Virus record (IMG/VR): IMGVR_UViG_3300032006_002703
Coordinates: 1-64,000 of that record
Origin: a virus
Length of the DNA: 64,000 nucleotides
Strand: one strand, 5' to 3'
Shown here: one piece after another, positions 16,312 to 25,839 of the stretch
Layout: the number at the start of each line of letters is the position of its first letter
Numbering within the stretch: the stretch's first letter is position 1
Notes under the pieces: model-generated
What the model was told of the DNA's origin: nothing
Databases searched by the model: none
The model's input: only the letters and a program-made list of their open reading frames with translations
Program-made: the position numbers and the translations under genes

Positions 16312-17018
16312 AGGTTTTCTAGTGTTTGAATTAATTGATCTGAAAGAATGTGAGCTACCTCCGTTAAGCTGTTGCTTTTATATGTCTCTTCGTGTTCATT
16401 AAAGACCTCCCCGTCATTAATTATACAGCCCTGAGAATCAAATAAGCAAAACTTATTATTTTTAAATAAAATTAAGGCGATTTTTCTGTAGGGACTTGGC
16501 TCTTTATTGTTGATAATAATTATTATTTTTGCTTTCGAGGAGTAATTGTCGTAATATTTTCTGGTTGAGTTACTGCTCGTGCACCATTTTGTTCCGTATC
16601 CATAAATTATCGAACTCTCATAGGAAAGTGGACAAATGGCAAGTGTGGAATCGTCATCAAATATTTTTTGAGACTCCTGCCTTTTGATTCTTTTTCGTTC
16701 TGATTCTGAAAATTTCATCTCCAATTCTTTAGTTTTTTCTATTGAAGATTCTCTTTTTATATAATCTAAGTATTCCTTCCTGTTAATTTTGGAAAAAATG
16801 GACCGCTTCCCGCTCTGAGCCATTCCTATAAAATCAGAAATCAGAGACTCTTCAATTAATGGGGTAGTCAGCGCATTCATTTTGGCCCAAGCAGTGATTG
16901 TAAAAAAATCTTTTCCCTGAGAAAGGGAATCAAATGAAGGGTAGCAATCTGAATCTTTGAAAATGTAATTTACCCCTGGATTTCTTAGCTTGTTTGAGAT
17001 TCTAGATAGGTTGCACAT
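16308..17018 (-). CDS. Phage protein with PcfJ-like YGYGTKWC domain
   Basis: PLSYESSIIYGYGTKWC; paralogous to the C-terminus of the upstream gene. Confidence 0.6.
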   Translation of the reverse strand: MCNLSRISNKLRNPGVNYIFKDSDCYPSFDSLSQGKDFFTITAWAKMNALTTPLIEESLISDFIGMAQSGKRSIFSKINRKEYLDYIKRESSIEKTKELEMKFSESERKRIKRQESQKIFDDDSTLAICPLSYESSIIYGYGTKWCTSSNSTRKYYDNYSSKAKIIIIINNKEPSPYRKIALILFKNNKFCLFDSQGCIINDGEVFNEHEETYKSNSLTEVAHILSDQLIQTLENL

Positions 17019-18526
17019 TGCAGTTTCTCCATCGCTGAGAAATTTTTAAACAGAAAATCTAAATGTCTAGAGCTTTGTTTTTCTATAACATTCATGCTTG
17101 AGTCGTATATTGTTTTATCTGTGAGCAATCTATTTGCTTGATCTTCAAACAGCCATTTTCCCGTTTTTTGATTGACCGATAATAAAAATTTATGATTCTC
17201 TTTTTCTTTTTCTGGCCGATTGAAGATAATAAAGAAAAGAGTGAAGTCCTTGACGTCTTCGTAGTGTTCTTTTGTAACAGCGCTACTATAACACCACTTT
17301 GTATCATACCCATACAAAACCATACTTTCATAACTTAGAGGGTGAACAATTAAAAGCTCATCGTTTTCAAATATTTTTTCAGTTTCTTCCTCCTTGATTC
17401 TTCGGCGATCTTGCCAGGGGATTGTGGTTTTGGTTGTGGAATCCGAGCCGCAAGAGTGGAGTTCTGTTTTGCTCGCAATATTGTAAGGGTTTTCTTTTGA
17501 AATAAAACTCAGCCAATTTTCCTTGGTAATCCTTGAGGCCATTTTTGAAGATAATTCTGGCAGTTTGTCTTTAATGTTTTTATAAGATTCTACCCGAAAG
17601 AAATACTCTTCTATGCCCTCCTCTCCAAATGCTGGGCAATGTGCCGATTTAAAATCCTGAAAAGTGAAGAAGCCTTTTTTCTTTTGATCTATTTCCTCAA
17701 AGGTAAGGTAGCTGTTGTTGTTTGCGAAAATTATATTCTTATTAAAAATTTTATCGTACATACTAAAATGCAAGCATCCCTTGTTTGCGTTCCAGTATTC
17801 ATTTTGGTTTTTTTGTTGAAATTTAGAAGCGTGCGCCGCTAGCGGTGGGGCGGGGAGCAGTAATGCTGGCCAATAGTTTAGGATTTCACTAATTGAATTC
17901 GCGGAAGATAGGGTGCTGTCGGCCTCCTCTTCGGAAGCCTCAATCAACTCAAATAAAGAATCAATCTCCTCGCTGGCCAGAAGGTCTCCGTCTGATTCCG
18001 CCATCTGTTTTTCTTCCTCGAGCATTTTCAGTGCCTTATTTTTTTTAGAAGAAATGCACTCTTTCCATTTTCTTTTACAAGTTTCAATTATTTTCGATTC
18101 AGATTCTCTTTTTCCTGGGTCAGCCTCAAGAAAGCAATAATAATCTTGGTCTTCTTGCTTTATGTCCTCGTTGATGATTATCTTTAGGCAAGTTTTATAA
18201 TCCGAGCAATACTCGCTTGCATATTTTTGCGCAGTTTCTTTGATTTTTTCAATTTCGCTTAAAACTTTTAGATTCGTTGCTCTAATTTGATCGGAGTCCA
18301 TGTGGTTTGATGCAAGAGGCGTTGAGCCTTCGGGGAGATGAGAAACCTCAAGGCTTATAATATCCTGAAGCTTTGCGTTGATCTTTGATTCGGAAATGAC
18401 ATCAAAAAATTCATCTTCGCTTAATTCGCTTCCAGAAACTTCAGGGCTCTTTGTACAGTAATAGAATCCGTCATTGAATTTAATTTTAACGATTAATTTT
18501 TGTATAATTGATAGGTAAGGATGCAT
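16985..18526 (-). CDS. Phage protein with helical N-terminus and C-terminal PcfJ-like domain
   Basis: PLSYESMVLYGYDTKWC; start reset to ATG 18526. Confidence 0.6.
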   Translation of the reverse strand: MHPYLSIIQKLIVKIKFNDGFYYCTKSPEVSGSELSEDEFFDVISESKINAKLQDIISLEVSHLPEGSTPLASNHMDSDQIRATNLKVLSEIEKIKETAQKYASEYCSDYKTCLKIIINEDIKQEDQDYYCFLEADPGKRESESKIIETCKRKWKECISSKKNKALKMLEEEKQMAESDGDLLASEEIDSLFELIEASEEEADSTLSSANSISEILNYWPALLLPAPPLAAHASKFQQKNQNEYWNANKGCLHFSMYDKIFNKNIIFANNNSYLTFEEIDQKKKGFFTFQDFKSAHCPAFGEEGIEEYFFRVESYKNIKDKLPELSSKMASRITKENWLSFISKENPYNIASKTELHSCGSDSTTKTTIPWQDRRRIKEEETEKIFENDELLIVHPLSYESMVLYGYDTKWCYSSAVTKEHYEDVKDFTLFFIIFNRPEKEKENHKFLLSVNQKTGKWLFEDQANRLLTDKTIYDSSMNVIEKQSSRHLDFLFKNFSAMEKLQCATYLESQTS

Positions 18527-18531
18527 AATAA

Positions 18532-20355
18532 TTAATCTCCCCAGTTTGTAATTGGAAGCCAATTTGCTTGAGGGAACCATTCTATATTATTTGGTTGCGT
18601 GGAGAAATCTATATCATAATTAATAAAATACTCAACTCCCGTAATAGAAGTATAGGACGTAAGTATACCAAACCAGCTCCAGCCTCCACAATTAAAAATA
18701 TTGTAACCGAAGGTTGCATGGGGGAGGACCGAAACAAATCCTACCTGAGGATCATCACTCCAATCAAGGGTTCCAGTTGCTTGGCCAACCAAGCTATCTT
18801 GGGTAACCCAATAGCCCACAGCTGTGCACGGATCAATCGTTTTGCCGTCTGATTTTCTTATCCTTCCTACATTTGATAATGTTGCGGTAAGTCCATCTGT
18901 TATTCCTCCATCAATTTTCATATTTACATGGGCATGGGGATATGCTTGAACGGCGCCATTAGCATTGCCGTCTAGGGAAAAGTCAGACTCAGTCCCCGAG
19001 TCCCATTCATTTTTTGGAAGCTCGAAATAGGCTGTTCCATGGGGAACAAAATAAACATCCCACGTTTGCTCTCCAAAATTTCCAATTGCATCCACAGCGT
19101 TCACGTGCCATGCTGTTCCGTTATTTAAATTAGGCATTGAAAAACCTATCGCTGAGACTTGGGGATAACCTGCTGGCGGATTGGTTGGGAGTACGTTATA
19201 AGCTGCCCCACCTGGATTTGGAAGCGTTGCCCCTTGTCCATAAAAACAACAAGGGCTTTTTCTGTAAATATAAATTCCGTCTCCATAATGAACTAGGTTT
19301 GGATTTTGAATATCCACAGGGGAACCTGGAGGAAGTCCTGCGGAAGTTCTATACCCCATTTGACCGTCCCAAATATTGACATTGCTTCCTTCGCTATTTG
19401 TTACAATTCTTCTTGTATATGTTGTTATTGTGTTTGTTTGATTAAGTTCTTGAGTATTGCATTCGAATGAACTTGTCGAAGAATTTGTCGCAGACCATGC
19501 TTCTGAAAATTTAGGTAAAACCTCTGTTCCTGGCGGAATTTCAGGAGACAGGCTATATGTTATGGAACTATTCTCTCCGCCCCAGAGCCCCTTATCTCTA
19601 AGCCCAGCCAGTTCGGCATAAAAGGTATCATTAAAAGACGAGCCTCCTTTTAATGTCAAAGTGAAGTCTTCGTATGGTAATTGCAGCGCCCATCTTTTGA
19701 TTGGTCTGTGCTCTACTACCGCTTCTGTTGTTCCTCCTCCACTGATGTGGCGCCAAGCCATAACAGACTCAAAGGTTCCCTCCTCCGCTTGAATTAAACC
19801 TGGATTTTCCACGGCATCAACAGTGGTTGGTGGAATATTTAGTTTCCAGTCTCCCCCTGCCGAATAAGCCGCATCATCCGTCAGTGGGGTCATCAGGGAG
19901 TCGTTGTAATAAAGATTTGCATAAAGTTGATTTGACAACCAATTACCCAAGCGACCAAAGGTTGTCTCTTTTCTTACTCCCTCTGGTCCATCGTTTGGGA
20001 TATTGCCCGCCCAACGATCATCAAGCGGATCATTGTCTCCTGGAAAAAATGCAAGCTGCAAAATAAGTATCTGGCCTCCAACCAAAGTGTCCCCGTCTGC
20101 TAGGCCTGCGGCTGAAGCATAATTTCCTATATGATCCCATGAAAAAGGGAATCCAGCGGGTTCGGATGCATGCTCTTTGGATACATTGACTAGCCACATC
20201 CATGCTGGGGGATCTGCGGTAATAACATCTCCATCATCAGTTATTATTTGGTCGGTCCCATTTGTAGACAAAGTGTCCGACTCTCCAACTCGAAGGTCCG
20301 CGCTTTGGGAATACTGTGTATTCCAGGGAAAAATTGCTCCTGGCGTTGTACTCAT
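18532..20355 (-). CDS. Putative virion/tail-associated protein (607 aa)
   Basis: G/T/P/N/W-rich, Lys-poor composition typical of fibre or receptor-binding proteins. Confidence 0.5.
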   Translation of the reverse strand: MSTTPGAIFPWNTQYSQSADLRVGESDTLSTNGTDQIITDDGDVITADPPAWMWLVNVSKEHASEPAGFPFSWDHIGNYASAAGLADGDTLVGGQILILQLAFFPGDNDPLDDRWAGNIPNDGPEGVRKETTFGRLGNWLSNQLYANLYYNDSLMTPLTDDAAYSAGGDWKLNIPPTTVDAVENPGLIQAEEGTFESVMAWRHISGGGTTEAVVEHRPIKRWALQLPYEDFTLTLKGGSSFNDTFYAELAGLRDKGLWGGENSSITYSLSPEIPPGTEVLPKFSEAWSATNSSTSSFECNTQELNQTNTITTYTRRIVTNSEGSNVNIWDGQMGYRTSAGLPPGSPVDIQNPNLVHYGDGIYIYRKSPCCFYGQGATLPNPGGAAYNVLPTNPPAGYPQVSAIGFSMPNLNNGTAWHVNAVDAIGNFGEQTWDVYFVPHGTAYFELPKNEWDSGTESDFSLDGNANGAVQAYPHAHVNMKIDGGITDGLTATLSNVGRIRKSDGKTIDPCTAVGYWVTQDSLVGQATGTLDWSDDPQVGFVSVLPHATFGYNIFNCGGWSWFGILTSYTSITGVEYFINYDIDFSTQPNNIEWFPQANWLPITNWGD

Positions 20356-20386
20356 ATTCTTTGCCCCATGGCTACCCGTAGGTTGA

Positions 20387-20587
20387 TTATTTTACCTGTT
20401 TTCTTTTGCTTTTAATTCGGGCAACCTCTTCATCCAAGATAGCTTCTACGCGTTTATTTTTTTTGTCCAGCATTAGATCTGCTGGACTTTTTCCACCAAG
20501 CTTTTCGTTTTCTGCCTTAAGCCAGCAAGTGGACTCGTATCCATTTAGATTTTTGCTTAAATATTCCAATATGTTTCTGCTACTCAT
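20387..20587 (-). CDS. Xre/MbcA/ParS (DUF2384-type) antitoxin C-terminal domain, stand-alone
   Basis: WLKAENEKLGGKSPADLM matches the WLxxPNxxLGGxxPxxLL signature. Confidence 0.7.
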   Translation of the reverse strand: MSSRNILEYLSKNLNGYESTCWLKAENEKLGGKSPADLMLDKKNKRVEAILDEEVARIKSKRKQVK

Positions 20588-20617
20588 GCAATTACTAATA
20601 TAGTAGTACACAAATCA

Positions 20618-21280
20618 TTATGCTGTGCGAAGATAGTAAACCATCTTTAGGGTGATCATGTGAGAGTGCGCAGGAATCGTGTGGTCGTGAGCGTCTACGG
20701 TATGCGAGTGCGCTCCATCAGAACTTGAAGTATCTGAAAAGGTGTGAGTGTGAGCTCCACCTGAAGCCGTACTTCCACCAACATTGTGGGTATGGGCTGG
20801 CTCGCCCGCGCTTGTAGAAGTATCTGAAAAGGTGTGAGTGTGGGCTCCGCCTGAAGCCGTGGTTCCGCTAACATCGTGAGTATGAGCTCCCGCAGATGCT
20901 GTGCCTGGAGAGGCGGGGCCTGAAGTTTGCTGACCAGTGCTAGCCATATAAGCAATCGTTGTTGTATGCTTTGTAAATGTAAATCCACTTGCAGTAAACG
21001 TATTTGGAGCGTTCGCAGGAAAGTTACTAGCATTTGGGGTATCATTGGCTCCCCAATCTGGCGTAAGGCCCGAGGTTATGGAAAAGGTGCCTCCCTCAAA
21101 GGCAAACGCTCCAATACTCCCTAACGAAAACGAAGCGGGAATTGTGTCGACTACAGAAGTTATTAAATCGTCGCCTGCAAGTTTTTTTGTTGCACCGTCA
21201 CCAGAGGCAACAACTAAATAGTCTTCCGATGTTAATGCGGTCGCAGTTGTGGCTATATTTCTAATTTTTACATTTGCCAT
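20618..21280 (-). CDS. Short tail-fibre/needle protein with HxH repeats
   Basis: Seven HxH motifs in SAGAHTH-type repeats. Confidence 0.7.
   Translation of the reverse strand: MANVKIRNIATTATALTSEDYLVVASGDGATKKLAGDDLITSVVDTIPASFSLGSIGAFAFEGGTFSITSGLTPDWGANDTPNASNFPANAPNTFTASGFTFTKHTTTIAYMASTGQQTSGPASPGTASAGAHTHDVSGTTASGGAHTHTFSDTSTSAGEPAHTHNVGGSTASGGAHTHTFSDTSSSDGAHSHTVDAHDHTIPAHSHMITLKMVYYLRTA
20727..20888. repeat. 90-bp-period internal tandem duplication in the fibre gene
   Basis: GAAGTATCTGAAAAGGTGTGAGTGTG at 20727 and 20817. Confidence 0.85.
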
Positions 21281-21363
21281 AGAATATGTTAAAGGTCAAG
21301 GATCAAAAATCAATTAAATATATATAAAGCGTTTTTCTTGATTAAACTAGTGTATATATACTC

Positions 21364-21798
21364 GTGGGTCCAATATTAAATACCATTATTGGCGCGGGAT
21401 TGAAGCTCTTGTGCAATTTATTAAATCACTGGCTAGAACAAAGGCGGCAAGACCAGCTTATGCTCGCCGCAAGGGATGATGCCCTAGTTAAGGCTTTGCT
21501 GGAGAATCAGTTACAACAAGCGAAGGATCCTTTTGTTAAAATTACTCGCAGAATTTTATTCTTAAGTATTACTTTTACCATGTGCTTTCTCATGCTTTAT
21601 TATGCCTTGAATCCGCACGTTACTTATGATATTATTATTCCTGCTTCAAAAGACGGAAGTACGGGATTTTTTACATGGATTATAGGGGGTACAGATTGGC
21701 ATGTTGTTAGAATGACGGGGGGTCTTTTGTTAATGTCCTTTATGGATTTATGTTTTATGGTTGTAGGTTTTTATGCAATACCAAGTAGAAGACGATGA
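21364..21798 (+). CDS. Membrane protein, possible holin
   Basis: Two to three TM segments, basic C-terminus RRR; GTGTA-N9-GTG upstream. Confidence 0.5.
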   Translation: MGPILNTIIGAGLKLLCNLLNHWLEQRRQDQLMLAARDDALVKALLENQLQQAKDPFVKITRRILFLSITFTMCFLMLYYALNPHVTYDIIIPASKDGSTGFFTWIIGGTDWHVVRMTGGLLLMSFMDLCFMVVGFYAIPSRRR

Positions 21799-22121
21799 GA
21801 GCAATAATAATTAGTATACTTTTTCTTTTTCTAAGCGGATGCTTTTGGCGCGGAGGTGTAAAATATACAGCTCCTCCTGAATTGCCTAATCCTCCTCCAC
21901 CAAAAAGTGAAAAGGTTGATTTCTCCGTAATAGATATCAACAATGATGGAAATATTAGCAAAGAAGAAGCGGACGCTTATAATGAAATTATTAGCCAGCC
22001 TCATCCTACTTATGACTACCAAAAAACTTTACATTATTTTTTAATTATTATGGGAATAATGACCGTGGCCTGCTGCTCTCCGTGGGCGATTAGGAAAATA
22101 AGAGAGCAATGGAAGAAATAA
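21795..22121 (+). CDS. Lipoprotein with EF-hand loop and C-terminal TM
   Basis: LSGC lipobox, Pro-rich linker, DINNDGNISKEE. Confidence 0.65.
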   Translation: MRAIIISILFLFLSGCFWRGGVKYTAPPELPNPPPPKSEKVDFSVIDINNDGNISKEEADAYNEIISQPHPTYDYQKTLHYFLIIMGIMTVACCSPWAIRKIREQWKK

Positions 22122-22705
22122 TTATAGACAAAGGTGTCGGGTATATTCTTGCAGCTCTAATCTCTGCCTTGGCGACATTTGGCGCGATTTGGCTCAAGCA
22201 TTATCTTTATGAAAAAAAACAAGATATCTCTTCTCACAATAGATCTAACGAAAATATATATTCCTCTCTTCAAGAAATATTAAAAGAATTTGGCGCAGAC
22301 AGAGCGTATATTTATGAATTCCATAACGGAGAGCATTTCTTTTCTGGGCAGCCTCAAAAAAAATTCAGTTGCAGCTATGAATGGACTGGGGAAGGGGTTA
22401 GTTCTGAATCTAATAGGTCTCAAAATTATAGGGTAACGAATTTTCATAAATATATTAGCCGACTAATTTCAGATGGAGAGTTCTTTAGAGGGGACGTAGA
22501 GCTCATTAGGGATTTTAGCTTTCGCGCTCTCCTTCAGGAAAAAGGAGTTGAGAGTTTATACAATATTGTGCTAAAATCCGCAAATGGAAAGCATATAGGT
22601 TTCGTCGGTATAGATTACGTTAAGTCCAAAAAAAATCTTAACGACGCGGAGAAAAGAGAACTTAGGGTCTGGGCAAGGCAAATTGGCGCTTATTTATCTA
22701 ATTGA
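22109..22705 (+). CDS. N-terminal TM plus GAF-domain protein
   Basis: FGADRAYIYEFHNG, SCSYEW, GVESL, IGFVGIDY. Confidence 0.75.
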   Translation: MEEIIIDKGVGYILAALISALATFGAIWLKHYLYEKKQDISSHNRSNENIYSSLQEILKEFGADRAYIYEFHNGEHFFSGQPQKKFSCSYEWTGEGVSSESNRSQNYRVTNFHKYISRLISDGEFFRGDVELIRDFSFRALLQEKGVESLYNIVLKSANGKHIGFVGIDYVKSKKNLNDAEKRELRVWARQIGAYLSN

Positions 22706-22737
22706 ATTTTTAATTTTTATTAATAGAATAGTTCTAT

Positions 22738-23160
22738 ATGGCCTTTACCTATTGTACTTCATGTGGTTACAAGAATCATCACGGCGTTAAGCTCCCTAAA
22801 TTTTGTGGGGGTTGCGGCAAGCCTATGAATGGATCCGAGGTTAACAAAGTAGAGGCCCCTAAAATAAGAACAGCTTCCGATCTAAGAGCTAAAAATCGCC
22901 CAAGGGTTAGGGCGGATATGGAAGAGGAGGGTTCGGAGATCGATTTCGTGCCAGATGTTTCGAATTTTAAATACAATATCTCCGATGGCGGTTTAGGGGG
23001 AAGAAAAATGAACCTAAAGGATCTTACTGGAGAAATTTCAGAGGGAGACCTTGATGCAGTTCAAGCTCAAGAAAGGGGCTCTCCTGCTAAAAGAAAACGC
23101 GGGAGACCTAAGGGAAGCAAGAATTTAACTAATGGCGAACGAAGAAACAGAAAAAAATAA
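22738..23160 (+). CDS. Zinc-ribbon protein with AT-hook-like KRGRPKG
   Basis: CTSCG...FCGGCG. Confidence 0.7.
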   Translation: MAFTYCTSCGYKNHHGVKLPKFCGGCGKPMNGSEVNKVEAPKIRTASDLRAKNRPRVRADMEEEGSEIDFVPDVSNFKYNISDGGLGGRKMNLKDLTGEISEGDLDAVQAQERGSPAKRKRGRPKGSKNLTNGERRNRKK

Positions 23161-23911
23161 AACTCCCTTCACCTATGAGGACAAATCTCAAGACATAGAT
23201 ACCGAAATAAAAAAAAGAAGAGGGAAGTGGTTCCTTGATTCTTTAGCGTGGTTTGATTTCGAGGATGTCGAGCAAATAATTAGGGCCCATATTCATAAAA
23301 AGTGGCATATGTGGAATCAAGAGATGCCCCTTGGTCCGTGGTTAAACAAAGTCATAACCAATCAAATGAAAAATATCTTGCGAAACAATTACTCTAACTT
23401 TGTACGACCCTGCCTAAATTGCCCCTTCAATCAATGTGGAGGAAAAACTGGAGGCGGAGCTGAGGATTCATTGTGTGGATTCACAAGTAGCGGCAGGCAG
23501 GACTCAGAATGTCCTCTTTATGCAAAGTGGGAACGAACAAAAAAGGCGGCATACGACATTAAGATGGCCCTAGCTCTCGAGAATCATTCTGCAGAAGCAA
23601 ATGCGATTCACGATCAAGGGTTTGACATAGATCGCGCCGAAAAAAGATTGCACAGCGCAATGAAAGAAAAACTGCCCGAGCGACAATATAAAATCTACCA
23701 CTTGCTTTTTGTAGAAAATAAAGACGATGAAGAGGTTGCAAAAATTATGGGGTACAAGACCACCGAGAAGGGGAGGAAGGCGGGCTACAAGCAAATCAAA
23801 AATTTAAAAAAACTTTTTAAACAAAAGGCGTCAGAACTTTTAGAAAAAGAGGATATTATCATCCATGACTCAAGAAATAATACTTACCGAGGACCAAAAA
23901 AATTATATTAG
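23132..23911 (+). CDS. Phage-encoded sigma70-family (ECF-like) sigma factor with Cys-rich insert
   Basis: Region 2-like EDVEQ...WLNKVITNQMKNILR; region 4-like LPERQYKIY...EEVAKIMG. Confidence 0.65.
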   Translation: MANEETEKNKTPFTYEDKSQDIDTEIKKRRGKWFLDSLAWFDFEDVEQIIRAHIHKKWHMWNQEMPLGPWLNKVITNQMKNILRNNYSNFVRPCLNCPFNQCGGKTGGGAEDSLCGFTSSGRQDSECPLYAKWERTKKAAYDIKMALALENHSAEANAIHDQGFDIDRAEKRLHSAMKEKLPERQYKIYHLLFVENKDDEEVAKIMGYKTTEKGRKAGYKQIKNLKKLFKQKASELLEKEDIIIHDSRNNTYRGPKKLY

Positions 23912-24920
23912 AGAAAATTACCAAAAAACTGCAGGTTTATCAGAATTAACTCAAGCCGTATTTTACAATGATGATCTTGATGGTAGGAGTAGAGAGGGTC
24001 GTGCGGTCAGGAAGTTTATGCAAGATCGTAAGCTTTCTTATACCACGAAGCATATAGATAAGAAAGAAGATATTATCTTAAATTCTGAGCAGCGAGAATT
24101 TTTGATAAATAATATTAGTGCAGATATGACATGCGCTCAACTCTCTCAGCTCCTGTTTCCTGACGCACAAATAACTCACTTGACAAAAGAATATCGCGCG
24201 GTACATGATTTTATGCAGGAACATGAAGGGGTTCCAGATTGCGAAAGTGCGGTAAATGTAAAATACTTTCCCCCAAAAGCCGTCAGTAAAATAATTAAAA
24301 AAATCAACGATTACTCTGGAGAAGAGCTTTCTGAAGAAAAGCTTAATCTTCAGCAAAAGTTATCAGTTGAATCTCTTGGTAAATTTTTAGCAGCACCAAG
24401 ATTTCTTTCTGTAATTAATAATTATACAGACGCTAAAGATAGGACTTTATTTGAAGCGGAATTTGTTCGGGCGACATGGGATAAGCCAGATCTAACTTCT
24501 GATGAAATTAACTTATACATTAATGTATGCATGGATTATATTCATTTAAAGAATATCCATAATAATATCGGCAAGCTAAATAGAATGTTTGACGAGTGCG
24601 AAGACCAGCAGGATATGACCGTTAGATTAGCTGAACTGTTAAAGACGAAAAGCGAAGAATACAATCAATGCGAAAAGAGAATGGAGTCTTTGATTCAAAA
24701 GCTGCAAGGAGATCGGGCAAAAAGAGTAGCAAGTAAGGAAAAAGATAATGCTAGCCTTTTGAGTCTGGTACAATTATTTCAAGCAGAAGAGGAGCGCAAA
24801 ATTATGTTAAAAATTGCTGAACGACAAAGACAAGCAGTCAAGGATGAGACTGATGAACTAGAGAGCATGCCAGATTGGAAATCTAGGGTTCTCGGAATAT
24901 CAAAAGAAGATGTCCTCTGA
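23865..24920 (+). CDS. Conserved-looking phage protein with C-terminal coiled coil (terminase small subunit not excluded)
   Basis: In an operon upstream of the terminase. Confidence 0.55.
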   Translation: MTQEIILTEDQKNYIRENYQKTAGLSELTQAVFYNDDLDGRSREGRAVRKFMQDRKLSYTTKHIDKKEDIILNSEQREFLINNISADMTCAQLSQLLFPDAQITHLTKEYRAVHDFMQEHEGVPDCESAVNVKYFPPKAVSKIIKKINDYSGEELSEEKLNLQQKLSVESLGKFLAAPRFLSVINNYTDAKDRTLFEAEFVRATWDKPDLTSDEINLYINVCMDYIHLKNIHNNIGKLNRMFDECEDQQDMTVRLAELLKTKSEEYNQCEKRMESLIQKLQGDRAKRVASKEKDNASLLSLVQLFQAEEERKIMLKIAERQRQAVKDETDELESMPDWKSRVLGISKEDVL

Positions 24921-25839
24921 GATTATATGTAAAATTTGCGGAGAAGGATTTACTAGCGAAAAATCCCTCCACCACCACTTAAAGAAGCACGGCACCACAA
25001 TGGCGGAATATTATACTACCCATTACCCTAGGTTTAATCTTTTTAATGGAGATCCTCTTCCGTTTAAAAATAAAGAGCAATATTTTGGCTCAGATTTTAG
25101 CACGAGGCAGCAGCTATTAAAGTGGTGCAAGTCTCAGGACCCTGAGGAGGTTAGGCCTTACATTTTAAACTTATTAAAAAAGAGGATTGAGTCCCGCGAC
25201 TTAAAGATTGGACCTTCTCATTTGGAGTTGAAGCTGAGCTCCTTGCCTACTGTTGATATATTTCAGGAAATCTTTGGCTCCTATACTATTGCATGTAAGG
25301 CTGCGGGAGTTAAGCCTATGTTTGGTAGCAGGTTGCCTTTTAAGTTTTTCCAAGAAAGTCTTGGTCACGTTAATGTGTTTATAGATACGCGAGAACAAAA
25401 ACCTTTGAGCTTCCCAAGTTCAAGCGAAATGAAATTAGATGTTGGAGATTATACCTGCGGGGGAGATCACTACTCTTATACATATGTAGATAGAAAAGGA
25501 GAGCAGGATTTTAAGTCTACATTAAGTAAGCACAACCTAGAGAGATTCGATTCAGAGCTTAAGCGCGCCAAAGATATGGGCGCCTATTTATATATAGTAA
25601 CAGAAAGCGATTTAACTCAAATTTACAAAAACAATAGATGGGGGCCTCATAAATCTAATTTAAAATATATATTCCATAACATGAGGGTTCTCGCGCATAA
25701 GTACGCAGGCACCTGTCAATTTATATTCACAGGGGGGAGAGAAGCCTCTGAGAAAATTATCCCAGAGCTTTTAGTGAGAGGCAAAGAGCTTTGGGATGTG
25801 GACATTCAATATTATATAGACAATAATGAGCTGGAGTGA
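24910..25839 (+). CDS. C2H2 zinc finger plus ERCC4-type nuclease
   Basis: CKIC...HLKKH; IDTREQ, VGDY, DRK motifs. Confidence 0.78.
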   Translation: MSSEIICKICGEGFTSEKSLHHHLKKHGTTMAEYYTTHYPRFNLFNGDPLPFKNKEQYFGSDFSTRQQLLKWCKSQDPEEVRPYILNLLKKRIESRDLKIGPSHLELKLSSLPTVDIFQEIFGSYTIACKAAGVKPMFGSRLPFKFFQESLGHVNVFIDTREQKPLSFPSSSEMKLDVGDYTCGGDHYSYTYVDRKGEQDFKSTLSKHNLERFDSELKRAKDMGAYLYIVTESDLTQIYKNNRWGPHKSNLKYIFHNMRVLAHKYAGTCQFIFTGGREASEKIIPELLVRGKELWDVDIQYYIDNNELE

